Source: Ruminococcaceae bacterium UBA6855
GTDB lineage: Bacteria; Bacillota; Clostridia; Oscillospirales; Acutalibacteraceae
Direction: 5' to 3'
NCBI GenBank assembly: GCA_002451755.1
Contig: DKDF01000113.1
Span: 1 to 42,354 of the forward strand
Length of the DNA: 42,354 nt
Positions 1 through 8,130 of the stretch are shown here, in pieces (position 1 is the first letter of the stretch; each line of letters begins with the position of its first letter). A model generated the notes under the pieces. The model worked only from the letters and a program-made list of their open reading frames with translations. It made no database searches and had not been told where the DNA came from. Made by a program: the position numbers and the translations under genes.

Positions 1-147
1 AAGCGTGCTCTTTCCCGCGCCGCTGGGACCGAGGATAACAACAAATTTTCCCTCTTCGAGCTCCATATTCACCGAATCGAGAGCCTTGAGTTCGTGGTCG
101 CCGCTTTTATAGACACGGCTCACATTTTCAAACTTTACTACTGCCAT
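1..147 (-). CDS. ABC transporter ATP-binding protein, LolD/MacB-like (partial, runs off the window)
   Basis: Manual minus-strand translation from ATG at 147: MAVVKFENVSRVYKSGDHELKALDSVNMELEEGKFVVILGPSGAGKSTL, with Walker A GPSGAGKS. Not in the ORF track because it is truncated. Confidence 0.9.
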   Translation of the reverse strand, partial: MAVVKFENVSRVYKSGDHELKALDSVNMELEEGKFVVILGPSGAGKSTL

Positions 148-535
148 TGCTTTTCTCCCTTTCTTGCTCATATCTTCTGCTCATGTGTTCGAGGCTGTCC
201 TGCGGAACCTCCGAGAGCAGAGAACACACAGCCATCTGCAGATCCCCCATATCGGGGAACATACATCGCAGGCTCTCCGAAACTATCTCATAATAATGAC
301 CGTAGCGGCGTGCGGTATCGTTGCCCGAATCGGTAAAATGCGCCACTCCGTAAGAGGTTTTGCTGATTATCCCGAGTTCCGAAAAAGTGTCCATCATATT
401 GTGCACGCTCGGCTTTGACAGATTGAGCGCCGAGGCAAGATCGACGCAGCGGACTCCGCATCCGTCTCTATCGAGCTCCTTCATTGTCAGAAGGTAGCGT
501 ATATTTGACGCCGTAAGGGTTCTTCGGTTTGTCAT
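128..535 (-). CDS. DtxR/MntR-like winged-HTH regulator with degenerate metal-binding domain
   Basis: HTH segment GVRCVDLASALNLSKPSVHNMM resembles the DtxR N-terminus. ATG at 535 is preceded by a GGGAGGA RBS. Overlaps the ABC ATPase start. Confidence 0.75.
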   Translation of the reverse strand: MTNRRTLTASNIRYLLTMKELDRDGCGVRCVDLASALNLSKPSVHNMMDTFSELGIISKTSYGVAHFTDSGNDTARRYGHYYEIVSESLRCMFPDMGDLQMAVCSLLSEVPQDSLEHMSRRYEQEREKSNGSSKV

Positions 536-568
536 GGTTTTCCTCCCGCAATGAAGTGCAAAACATTT

Positions 569-729
569 GATTAGCATTCGCTAACCACAAGCTTTAAAAA
601 TTGATTAGCTCCCGCTAACCAAACTATATGGTAAACTATTCTTCGTCCCGTGTCAATATAAATTCTGCCTGTTTTATTGACGGACTGACAAATTCGGCAA
701 CATCCACAAACGATTAGCGTATGCTAACC
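569..729. promoter_or_regulatory. Three palindromic operator sites GATTAGC-N4-GCTAACC (569-586, 603-620, 712-729)
   Basis: Three copies seen directly between the divergent DtxR-like genes. They resemble the DtxR box core (GTTAGCCTAAC). Confidence 0.75.
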
Positions 730-827
730 GATAATATTGTCAAAAAGCACGGCACAAAGACATATTGATTTTCGGGCAGGCGCGTGATATCATTAATATA
801 TGCAGATTTAACGGACGGAGGGATAAG

Positions 828-1205
828 ATGCACCTGCAGGAATCCGGCGAGATGTATCTCGAAACAATATATATACTTTCAAAAAAAGGCGTCGTGCGCT
901 CGCTCGATGTCGCGGAATACATGGGCTTTTCCAAGCCGAGCGTCAGCCGCGCCGTGGGACTTCTCAAGCAGGGCGGCTATCTCCTCATGGACAAGGACGG
1001 ATATCTCACGCTCACCGACGCGGGACTCGAGGTCGCACACAAGATATATGAGCGGCACACCGTGCTCTCGAATCTGCTGATCCGCCTCGGCGTCAGCGAA
1101 GAGGTCGCGGTCGAGGATGCATGCAAGCTCGAGCACGATATAAGCGACGAGACATTCGCGGCGATAAAAGAGCACGTTGTCAAAAATATCGACAGCCTGA
1201 AATAA
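828..1205 (+). CDS. Metal-dependent transcriptional regulator, DtxR/MntR family
   Basis: MHLQESGEMYLETIY, HTH SKPSVSRAV, metal-ligand motifs ERH and EDACKLEH. GGAGG RBS precedes the ATG at 828. Confidence 0.92.
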   Translation: MHLQESGEMYLETIYILSKKGVVRSLDVAEYMGFSKPSVSRAVGLLKQGGYLLMDKDGYLTLTDAGLEVAHKIYERHTVLSNLLIRLGVSEEVAVEDACKLEHDISDETFAAIKEHVVKNIDSLK

Positions 1206-1273
1206 CTCGTATCGACAAAATTCAATTATTTTTACCTTTTGAGTTTCGTTTTGAAAATATTCAATAATACAGA

Positions 1274-1321
1274 TAGGCATGTTCAACAATTCGCCGCTCC
1301 CCCTTTTGTTGAACATGCCTA
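1274..1321. repeat. Perfect 16-bp inverted repeat (terminator or operator)
   Basis: TAGGCATGTTCAACAA (1274-1289) and TTGTTGAACATGCCTA (1306-1321). Confidence 0.7.
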
Positions 1322-1336
1322 AATATATTTGTGCGC

Positions 1337-1398
1337 TTGAAAAGCCTTTTTACACATGGTATAATAATCTGAGATTATGTGTAAAGACTTGCACATAA
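1337..1398 (+). promoter_or_regulatory. Sigma-A promoter of the GPH transporter plus downstream operator-like palindrome
   Basis: TTGAAA (1337-1342), N17, TATAAT (1360-1365) with extended -10 TG. TTATGTG-N10-CACATAA lies at 1375-1398. Confidence 0.7.
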
Positions 1399-1423
1399 AG
1401 TATTACACAAAAGGAAGGTAGAA

Positions 1424-2989
1424 ATGAGCAAAGGAAAGAACCAGGCGCCGAGTGGGGCTATCAAGCACAGCACCTACACCGGCAAAGAACTGGCCGGTTA
1501 TCTGGTCGGTCTCGCCGGACAGAACATTATCTATAATGTTGTCGCAGGCGGACTCCAGTACTACTGGCAGTCAATTATTTTTTTACCGGCAATGGCTATA
1601 TCAATAATATTCTTCATTGCCCGCGTTTGGGACGCGATCAATGACCCGATGATGGGTTCGATCGTTGACCACACCAGAACAAAGTGGGGCAAATGCAAGC
1701 CCTATCTTATGTTCATCCCGATTCCGATCGGAATCATCACAATTCTTACATTCTGCAACAAGACATACACCGACTACACATCGACCGGTGCGCATGTACT
1801 GATTATCGCATGGGCGGCGATCTCCTACATTCTCTGGGGTATGTCCTACACCGTCGGCGACATTCCGCTCTGGGGCGTAACTTCGCTTATGACAGAGGAT
1901 GAAAACGACAGAGCGAAGGCTCTTTCGCTCGCCCGTATAGTCGCAAACCTCGGCGCTATCGGTATGCTCATCACTTTCGCCGGCAAGGCTCTCTCCCCCA
2001 TGCTTCAGGAGAAGAGAGGTCTTGACGTTCTCCATGCGGATAAGATGTCGTATATCATAATCGCCGTTATACTTACCGTATTTGCGACAATTCTTTTCCA
2101 GTTTGCCGGCTTCTCCGTCAAAGAGAGGGTTCAGCAGTCCGAGAAGAAATACACGATGAAAGAGAACTTCAAGATTGCGCTTTCCAACGCTCCGTTCAGA
2201 AAGCTTCTTATCTCGGGCATTCTCAGAAGCCCCATTCAGCTTCTTTCAATCGTCGGCCTGTCGCTCGTCATGTACTATTTCTTCGACAACAACCTTGCCA
2301 ACCTCATTGTTGACGGCAAGCTTCAGGTTATAAAGATAGTTCAGCTTCTGGTTATGGCTATCGGCCTTCTCGGCGGTATGATCATCGGTACTGCCGCCAC
2401 GCCGAAGATGTCCGCAAAGTTCGGCAAAAAGCAGCTTTACAACTTCTATTCTATAATCGGCGCCATTCCCTTTGCACTGATTTTCGTTGTTTATAAGCTC
2501 GCAGGCGGCAACCTCATGCAGAGCATGTTCTATGTCTTCCTGATGGCTGTAATGATGTTCGCAGCCTCCTGGGCTATGGGCTCGATAAACATTCTTCAGT
2601 CTATTATGATCGCTGACTGCGTCGACTACGAGGAATACAAGAACGGTGTCCGCACCGACGGCGTTTTCTTCTCCGGTCAGTCCTTCATCACAAAGCTTTC
2701 GATGGGCGTTTCTTCGCTTATCTCCGGTTTTGTTTATTCGGCTGTCAGCTACACAGACAAGCACATCGAGGAGCTGAACCTTGCCCTTACCGAAGGCAAA
2801 TATCATTTCTTCGAGGCAAACGACGGAAAATATGCCATGGCGATGTTCCTGCTTATTTCTATTCCGCCCGCAATCGGTATGCTGCTCTCCGCTATCCCCA
2901 CTCTCAAGTATTCGCTCACCGATGAGGAACACACAAGAATCCTCAACGAGCTTATCGCGAGACGCGCAAGCAAGAAGAACGAAGACTAA
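1424..2989 (+). CDS. GPH-family (MelB-like) sugar:cation symporter, MFS
   Basis: Motifs ARVWDAINDPMMGSIVDHTRTKWGKCKPY and ADCVDYEEYKNGVRTDG, with many hydrophobic segments. Confidence 0.9.
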   Translation: MSKGKNQAPSGAIKHSTYTGKELAGYLVGLAGQNIIYNVVAGGLQYYWQSIIFLPAMAISIIFFIARVWDAINDPMMGSIVDHTRTKWGKCKPYLMFIPIPIGIITILTFCNKTYTDYTSTGAHVLIIAWAAISYILWGMSYTVGDIPLWGVTSLMTEDENDRAKALSLARIVANLGAIGMLITFAGKALSPMLQEKRGLDVLHADKMSYIIIAVILTVFATILFQFAGFSVKERVQQSEKKYTMKENFKIALSNAPFRKLLISGILRSPIQLLSIVGLSLVMYYFFDNNLANLIVDGKLQVIKIVQLLVMAIGLLGGMIIGTAATPKMSAKFGKKQLYNFYSIIGAIPFALIFVVYKLAGGNLMQSMFYVFLMAVMMFAASWAMGSINILQSIMIADCVDYEEYKNGVRTDGVFFSGQSFITKLSMGVSSLISGFVYSAVSYTDKHIEELNLALTEGKYHFFEANDGKYAMAMFLLISIPPAIGMLLSAIPTLKYSLTDEEHTRILNELIARRASKKNED

Positions 2990-3156
2990 GGACTGCCGCA
3001 TTCAGCGCAGACCAAAGAGCAAAAATACAGAGGTCATAATCCACGGACAACAACGCGGATCATGACCTTTATTTTTTAAGCGTCTTTTGCCCGCTCGCGG
3101 TATGCCTATACAGCTTCGGGTCAAAAAACGCTTTCTGCATCCGAACGCGGCAGCCC
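2990..3156 (-). other. Intergenic three-way-junction structured element (candidate ncRNA or MITE-like repeat)
   Basis: Outer stem 2990-3010/3135-3156 encloses hairpins 3031-3068 and 3078-3133. Most non-Watson-Crick positions are G-U pairs on the minus strand. Confidence 0.5.
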
Positions 3157-3182
3157 TCTGTTCGAAAAGATACTCAAAACGC

Positions 3183-3229
3183 AAAACGAAAACAACGGAG
3201 CCGGCAAAAATGCCGAGTTCCGTTGTTTC
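3183..3229 (-). terminator. Intrinsic terminator of the RNHCP gene
   Basis: Minus strand GAAACAACGGA...TCCGTTGTTTTCGTTTT hairpin with U tract. Confidence 0.65.
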
Positions 3230-3240
3230 CTTCTTTTCGG

Positions 3241-3666
3241 TTATTCGTCGGTTCCGTCGCCGCCCATAAGTGCAGTCAGTTCTCTGATGCGCTCTATCGG
3301 GAACGGCGGGGAGCACAGCGGTTTCATCGCTATGCTCATCAGCTTCATCGGGTTATCGTCCGCGGCGACGCGGTTTGAGGACATCGCACCGCATCTGCGG
3401 CAGCGGTGGACTATCGCCCACTCGCCGTTTTTTCTCACCCAGACCGCTATGGGGTCCATGATTCCCCCGCAGTCCGAAGCTCTGTCTCCGGGCTCGATAT
3501 CAACATGCAGGCTCGAAAGGCAGTTCGGGCAGTGGTTTCTGTGGTCGCTGCCCGCGCCCTGCGGCACTACAGTGCGCCCGCACACTTTGCAGACAAAGGT
3601 CTCGTTGCAGGCGTGAGTCTTATAATAACCTTTTTCGTACTGTTTGCGTTTGTTTTCGCGATTCAT
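3241..3666 (-). CDS. RNHCP domain-containing protein (putative Zn-binding)
   Basis: Signature DHRNHCPNCLSSLHVD, plus CKVC and HRCRRC. GGAGG RBS. Confidence 0.9.
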   Translation of the reverse strand: MNRENKRKQYEKGYYKTHACNETFVCKVCGRTVVPQGAGSDHRNHCPNCLSSLHVDIEPGDRASDCGGIMDPIAVWVRKNGEWAIVHRCRRCGAMSSNRVAADDNPMKLMSIAMKPLCSPPFPIERIRELTALMGGDGTDE

Positions 3667-3668
3667 TT

Positions 3669-3749
3669 TTCCTCCTGAAGATCATGGCTCGCGGGAGGAA
3701 CGGCAGAGTGTGTTTTTTATTTGCCGACCTCCCGGTCAGCGCACACTCT
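3669..3749 (-). promoter_or_regulatory. Putative translational attenuator (alternative SD/anti-SD hairpins)
   Basis: SD GGAGGAA (3669-3675), anti-SD TTCCTCCCG (3692-3700), anti-anti-SD CGGGAGG (3728-3734), and an AGAGTGTG/CACACTCT stem (3742-3749/3705-3712). Confidence 0.6.
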
Positions 3750-3774
3750 CCAATGATTTTGTGATAAGTCTCAA
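3736..3774 (-). CDS. Putative leader peptide MRLITKSLESVR
   Basis: AAGGAG (3782-3787), 7-nt spacer, TTG start, 12 codons, TGA. Its 3' end overlaps the attenuator stem. Confidence 0.45.
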   Translation of the reverse strand: MRLITKSLESVR

Positions 3775-3809
3775 ACAAAATCTCCTTAGTTTTTTTATTC
3801 AAGAAACGG

Positions 3810-4997
3810 TCAGATGACCGCTATCTCGTCTGTGTATTCCGCTCCGCACGGCATTATCGACGGCAGAGAGAGAGAGAACAGGTCGGCGGCGCGCTCTTCG
3901 ATGGAAGAGATACGCTTGGCGCGTTCGCCGAGCTTTTTTATATCCGCCGCGCGCATAACTATCGGCAGCTTTGCGCTCGAACGCATGGCGCGCAGCTTTT
4001 CGCGTCCGATGGCGTTGAAGCCGAGCACGCGGATATACGGCGGTATGCCCTCGCAGTCGGACGCCTCGATGCCGAGCAGAAGAGCCGCAACGGCGCGCCT
4101 TATCCGCGCATGGGAATAGCGTTTGGTCTTGGCGAGAGAATAAAGCTCATCGAGCGAAGATGCACTGCGCGAGGCAGAATATATGCGGTTTTCAAGTCCC
4201 TCCGAGATATCCGGCACTGCGGCTATTTTTTCGGGCGTTGAGATACGCAGGCACGCAAGAACGGCTTTTTCGAGAGCGTTGATATCCGCCGGCGCTCTGC
4301 CCGCCTCTATCTCTGCTTCGAGTATCTCTGCGGCACTTTCGGGCATGAGATCGGCAAAGCCCTCGCCCGCTCTCACTCTGGAGCGTATAAGCGACGCGCT
4401 CGCAAATGAGTTCACCGCTTCGCCGCTGTCATGTCCTGCTCCCTCGCGCCTGACGGCGAACGGAGCAAGCTCTGATTTGAGCGTATCTATCGCGCGGATA
4501 TATTCGACGGCGAGCGTATCGTTCGGCGACGAGAGCACCGATGCGACGCGGGGATCGAGTTCTTCCACGGCACGCTGTCTCGCCGAAGCAAAACTCACGC
4601 CGGAGAGCAGGTTTGCGCGCATACTCTCGCGCACGGTGTAATCATCAACCGCGTGTGAAGCGGCTCGCAGAAGCTCTATATCGGCGCATTCGCTGCCGAA
4701 GCTCAGCGTATCAACGCAGCCCATGGCGTCGAGCAGCCCGACGGCACCCCTCGCAAAGGTCTGCGCCGCGGCGCACGCCCACGGGGCAGGGAGCGAAACG
4801 ACGAGATCCGCGCCGTTCATCAGAGCCATGCGTGCGCGGGCGTTCGGGTGCATCAGCGCAGTCTCTCCGCGCTGGACAAACCAACTGCTCATCACGCACA
4901 CAACCGCAGACGCGCCGTTTTCGCGCGTGCGGGCTATATGATATGCGTGGCCGTTATGGAACGGATTATATTCGGCAACGATGCCTGCGGTGCTCAC
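3810..4997 (-). CDS. tmcAL: tRNA(Met) cytidine acetate ligase (HIGH nucleotidyltransferase)
   Basis: GIVAEYNPFHNGH, FVQRGE, LSFGSE, PNDTLAVEY, KTKRYSHARIRR and PYIRVLGF motifs. Confidence 0.88.
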   Translation of the reverse strand: MSTAGIVAEYNPFHNGHAYHIARTRENGASAVVCVMSSWFVQRGETALMHPNARARMALMNGADLVVSLPAPWACAAAQTFARGAVGLLDAMGCVDTLSFGSECADIELLRAASHAVDDYTVRESMRANLLSGVSFASARQRAVEELDPRVASVLSSPNDTLAVEYIRAIDTLKSELAPFAVRREGAGHDSGEAVNSFASASLIRSRVRAGEGFADLMPESAAEILEAEIEAGRAPADINALEKAVLACLRISTPEKIAAVPDISEGLENRIYSASRSASSLDELYSLAKTKRYSHARIRRAVAALLLGIEASDCEGIPPYIRVLGFNAIGREKLRAMRSSAKLPIVMRAADIKKLGERAKRISSIEERAADLFSLSLPSIMPCGAEYTDEIAVI

Positions 4998-5054
4998 GGA
5001 CTCACTCCTTTTCCGTTTTTCGACAATAAGACAGGGGAATTATGCAAGAACTGC

Positions 5055-5083
5055 TTGAAAAATCCTCTTATAATATATATAAT
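5055..5083 (+). promoter_or_regulatory. Sigma-A promoter of the ackA operon
   Basis: TTGAAA, N17, TATAAT. Confidence 0.65.
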
Positions 5084-5136
5084 ATATCAGTAACGTGCTT
5101 GTTTCAAGCAAATCTTTTTATTTGGAGGCAATACTC

Positions 5137-6342
5137 TTGAAAATTCTTGTTATCAACGCCGGAAGCTCATCGCTTAAATATCAGCTCATCGACATGGACG
5201 GCGAGCAGCTTATAGCAAAGGGCATCTGCGAGCGTATCGGTATCGACGGCAGAATCAGCGGCTCGACCACAGACGGCAGATGGTTCAAATACGAGGTGAC
5301 CCTCGAAAACCACACCGCGGCTTTCCTCGAAGTCAAGAAGGCTCTTACTTCGGGCGACTGCAAGGTTATCGACAATCTCTCCGACATTTCCGCTGTCGGT
5401 CACCGCATAGTCCAGGGCGGTTCTCTGTTCAAAGAGAGCGTTCTTGTTGACGAGGATGTTATCGCCGGCATCGAGAGCCTGTGTGATCTCGCTCCTCTGC
5501 ACAACGCCGCCCACATCCAGGGCATCCGTGCCTGCCGCGAGGTATTCGGCGAAGATGTTCCGGAGGTTGTTGTTTTCGACAACGCTTTCCATTCGACCAT
5601 GCCCCCCGAGGCATTCCTTTTCCCGCTGCCCTATGAGTACTACGAGAAGTACAAGGTTCGCCGCTACGGCTTCCACGGCACATCGCACCGCTTCGTCAGC
5701 GCTCGCTGCGCGGAGGTTATGGGCGTTGACCTCAAGGACATAAAGCTCATCACCTGCCACCTCGGCAACGGCTCTTCCATAACCGCTATCAAGGACGGCA
5801 AGGTTATCGACACGAGCATGGGGCTTACTCCCCTCGACGGCTTTATCATGGGCTCGCGCTGCGGCGGAGTTGATCCCTCGGCTATCACCTATCTTCAGGA
5901 GAAAGAGGGCTGGACTCCCGCAGAGACAGCTGAAATCCTCAACAAGAAGTCCGGCGTTCTCGGCATCTCCGGCGTATCGAGCGACGACAGAGATGTTCTC
6001 GCCGCCGCAGAGGCAGGCAACGAGAGAGCCGCTCTTGCAAGAAGCATCCAGCGCTATCAGATCCGCAAGTTCATCGGCGCATATGTTGCCGCGATGGACG
6101 GCGTTGACGCAATAGTCTTCACCGGCGGCATCGGCGAGAACACCTGCGACCTGCGCGAAGATGTCTGCAAGCATCTTACATATCTCGGCGTCAAAATCGA
6201 CTGCGAGAAGAACCTCGAGCTCAGAAAGGGCAAGGAGGGCGAGCTTTCGACCCCGGATTCAAAGGTCCGCGTCTTCGTTCTGCCCACCAACGAGGAACTG
6301 CTCATAGCCAGAGACACCAAGGCTATCGTTGAGAAGCTCTGA
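5137..6342 (+). CDS. ackA: Acetate kinase
   Basis: KILVINAGSSSLKYQL, VGHRIVQGG, LAPLHN, RRYGFHGTSH, CHLGNGSS, FTGGIGEN, PTNEE. TTG start after GGAGG. Confidence 0.97.
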   Translation: MKILVINAGSSSLKYQLIDMDGEQLIAKGICERIGIDGRISGSTTDGRWFKYEVTLENHTAAFLEVKKALTSGDCKVIDNLSDISAVGHRIVQGGSLFKESVLVDEDVIAGIESLCDLAPLHNAAHIQGIRACREVFGEDVPEVVVFDNAFHSTMPPEAFLFPLPYEYYEKYKVRRYGFHGTSHRFVSARCAEVMGVDLKDIKLITCHLGNGSSITAIKDGKVIDTSMGLTPLDGFIMGSRCGGVDPSAITYLQEKEGWTPAETAEILNKKSGVLGISGVSSDDRDVLAAAEAGNERAALARSIQRYQIRKFIGAYVAAMDGVDAIVFTGGIGENTCDLREDVCKHLTYLGVKIDCEKNLELRKGKEGELSTPDSKVRVFVLPTNEELLIARDTKAIVEKL

Positions 6343-6343
6343 T

Positions 6344-6964
6344 ATGAACGGCTGCAACACTTTTATATTTGATAGTTTACCGGAGAAAGAGCTTATTCCC
6401 CGGTTTGAGATAAGCTCTTTCCACTGGGAAAAAGACGGATATTCGCGCCCGGAGAGCTCCGTGCGGTTCTGCGCGGTGAAAAACGAGGGCTACTATGCTT
6501 TTCTTGAAAGCTCCGAAAGCCCTGTGCTCGCGAGATACACAAAGCGCGACGATCCGGTATATACCGACAGCTGCCTCGAAGTGTTCCTTGCTCCCGTCAG
6601 CGGGCGCAGCGAATACATAAACTTCGAGATGAATCCAAACGGCGCTTATCTGTCGCAGTTCGGAAGCGAGAGAAACGGCCGCGTGTTCATAAAAGAACTG
6701 AGCGCAGAGACCCCGCGCGTCAGCGCAGGAGTTTACACGGACAAAAAGGGCTGGCATGCTGAGCTGTTCATCCCGGAAAAACTGATATCGTCGCTCTACG
6801 GCTGCGATTTTTCGGTCGGCGAGGGTGAGATACGCGGCAACTTCTATAAATGCGCCGACGACTCCCCGAACCCGCACTACGGTGCGCTCTTCCCCGTTGA
6901 CAGCGCTTCTCTCGGCTTTCACAATCCCGAAAGGTTCGGCACTATCAAAATAATCAAAAGGTGA
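6344..6964 (+). CDS. Carbohydrate-binding family 9-like (DOMON-like) protein
   Basis: DPVYTDSCLEVF, YINFEMNPNG, GNFYKC and FHNPERFG motifs. Confidence 0.75.
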   Translation: MNGCNTFIFDSLPEKELIPRFEISSFHWEKDGYSRPESSVRFCAVKNEGYYAFLESSESPVLARYTKRDDPVYTDSCLEVFLAPVSGRSEYINFEMNPNGAYLSQFGSERNGRVFIKELSAETPRVSAGVYTDKKGWHAELFIPEKLISSLYGCDFSVGEGEIRGNFYKCADDSPNPHYGALFPVDSASLGFHNPERFGTIKIIKR

Positions 6965-6969
6965 TACAG

Positions 6970-8100
6970 ATGCAAACGCAGAACACTCCCTTTCCGCTGC
7001 AGCAGGTAATCGATGAATTCGGTTTTGAGGGAGAATATATCGACTACCGCGTTTCAAACGACGGTCATATAAACAACACTTTTGTTCTCGATTTCAAGAA
7101 TGCTGACGGCAGCAACACAAGCTACCTTGTTCAGCTGATAAACACGAATGTTTTCAAGAACCCCGACGAACTGATGGAAAACATCGTCGGAGTCACGGGA
7201 TATCTGCGCAACATAGTTATCGAGCGCGGCGGCGACCCGGAGCGCGAATGCCTCAGGGTGTTCTTCACAAAGGGCGGCAAGCCATATTTCAGAACAGAGA
7301 ACGGCGAATGCTGGAGATGCTACAATTTCATCACCGGCGCTCACGCCTGCCAGTCCATTGACGACCCGAAAACATTCTTCAACGCCGCAAAGGCTTTCGG
7401 CACTTTCCAGTGCCTGCTTGCGGACTATCCGAGCAACACGCTCCACGAGACCATACCGAACTTCCACAACACCCGCTCCCGCTTTGCCGACTTCAAAAAG
7501 GCTGTCAGCGATGATCTCAAAGGTCGCGCGGCGGGCGTGCAGGAAGAGATCGACTTTGTTCTCTCGCGTGAGGGCGACACGGGCATTCTCGTCGATATGC
7601 TCAACAACGGCGAGCTGCCGCTGAGAGTCACCCACAACGACACGAAGCTCAACAACGTCATGTTCGACAACAAGACCGACGAGGGCATCTGCGTTATCGA
7701 CCTCGACACGGTCATGCCCGGACTCTCGCTCTACGATTTCGGCGACAGCATCCGCTTCGGCGCAAGCACCGCCGCCGAGGACGAGAAAGACCTCGGCAAA
7801 GTGAACTTCGACATTGAGCTCTACAAAGTCTACACCGAGGGCTATCTTTCCGCCGCCGGCAAGAGTCTGACCGACGCGGAAATTGAATATCTCCCCTTCT
7901 CGTCGAAGCTCATGACGCTCGAATGCGGAATGCGTTTCCTTGGGGACTATCTCAACGGCGACACTTATTTCCGCATCGACTATCCCGAGCACAATCTTGT
8001 CCGCGCCCGCACGCAGTTCAAGCTCGTTGAGGACATGGAGAAGCAGATGGACGAGATGAAAAAGGTCACGCAGGAGATATACGCAAAAGTCTGCAAATAA
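6970..8100 (+). CDS. Aminoglycoside-phosphotransferase-fold sugar kinase, N-acetylhexosamine 1-kinase-like
   Basis: GHINNTF, LHETIPNFHNT, RVTHNDTKLNN, VIDLDTVMPG and HNLVRARTQ motifs. Confidence 0.8.
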   Translation: MQTQNTPFPLQQVIDEFGFEGEYIDYRVSNDGHINNTFVLDFKNADGSNTSYLVQLINTNVFKNPDELMENIVGVTGYLRNIVIERGGDPERECLRVFFTKGGKPYFRTENGECWRCYNFITGAHACQSIDDPKTFFNAAKAFGTFQCLLADYPSNTLHETIPNFHNTRSRFADFKKAVSDDLKGRAAGVQEEIDFVLSREGDTGILVDMLNNGELPLRVTHNDTKLNNVMFDNKTDEGICVIDLDTVMPGLSLYDFGDSIRFGASTAAEDEKDLGKVNFDIELYKVYTEGYLSAAGKSLTDAEIEYLPFSSKLMTLECGMRFLGDYLNGDTYFRIDYPEHNLVRARTQFKLVEDMEKQMDEMKKVTQEIYAKVCK

Positions 8101-8130
8101 AAAAGCCATACGGCATGGAGGGTCAGAGCT

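Noticed and set aside
3620..3802. 60-aa minus-strand ORF across the RNHCP leader
   Set aside because: It overlaps the RNHCP start out of frame and its annotated start lacks an RBS. The shorter RBS-linked uORF fits better, although a TTG in this frame close to the same RBS cannot be fully excluded.
6970..8100. Aminoglycoside resistance phosphotransferase
   Set aside because: Length, motifs and carbohydrate context fit the N-acetylhexosamine kinase-like branch of the fold.
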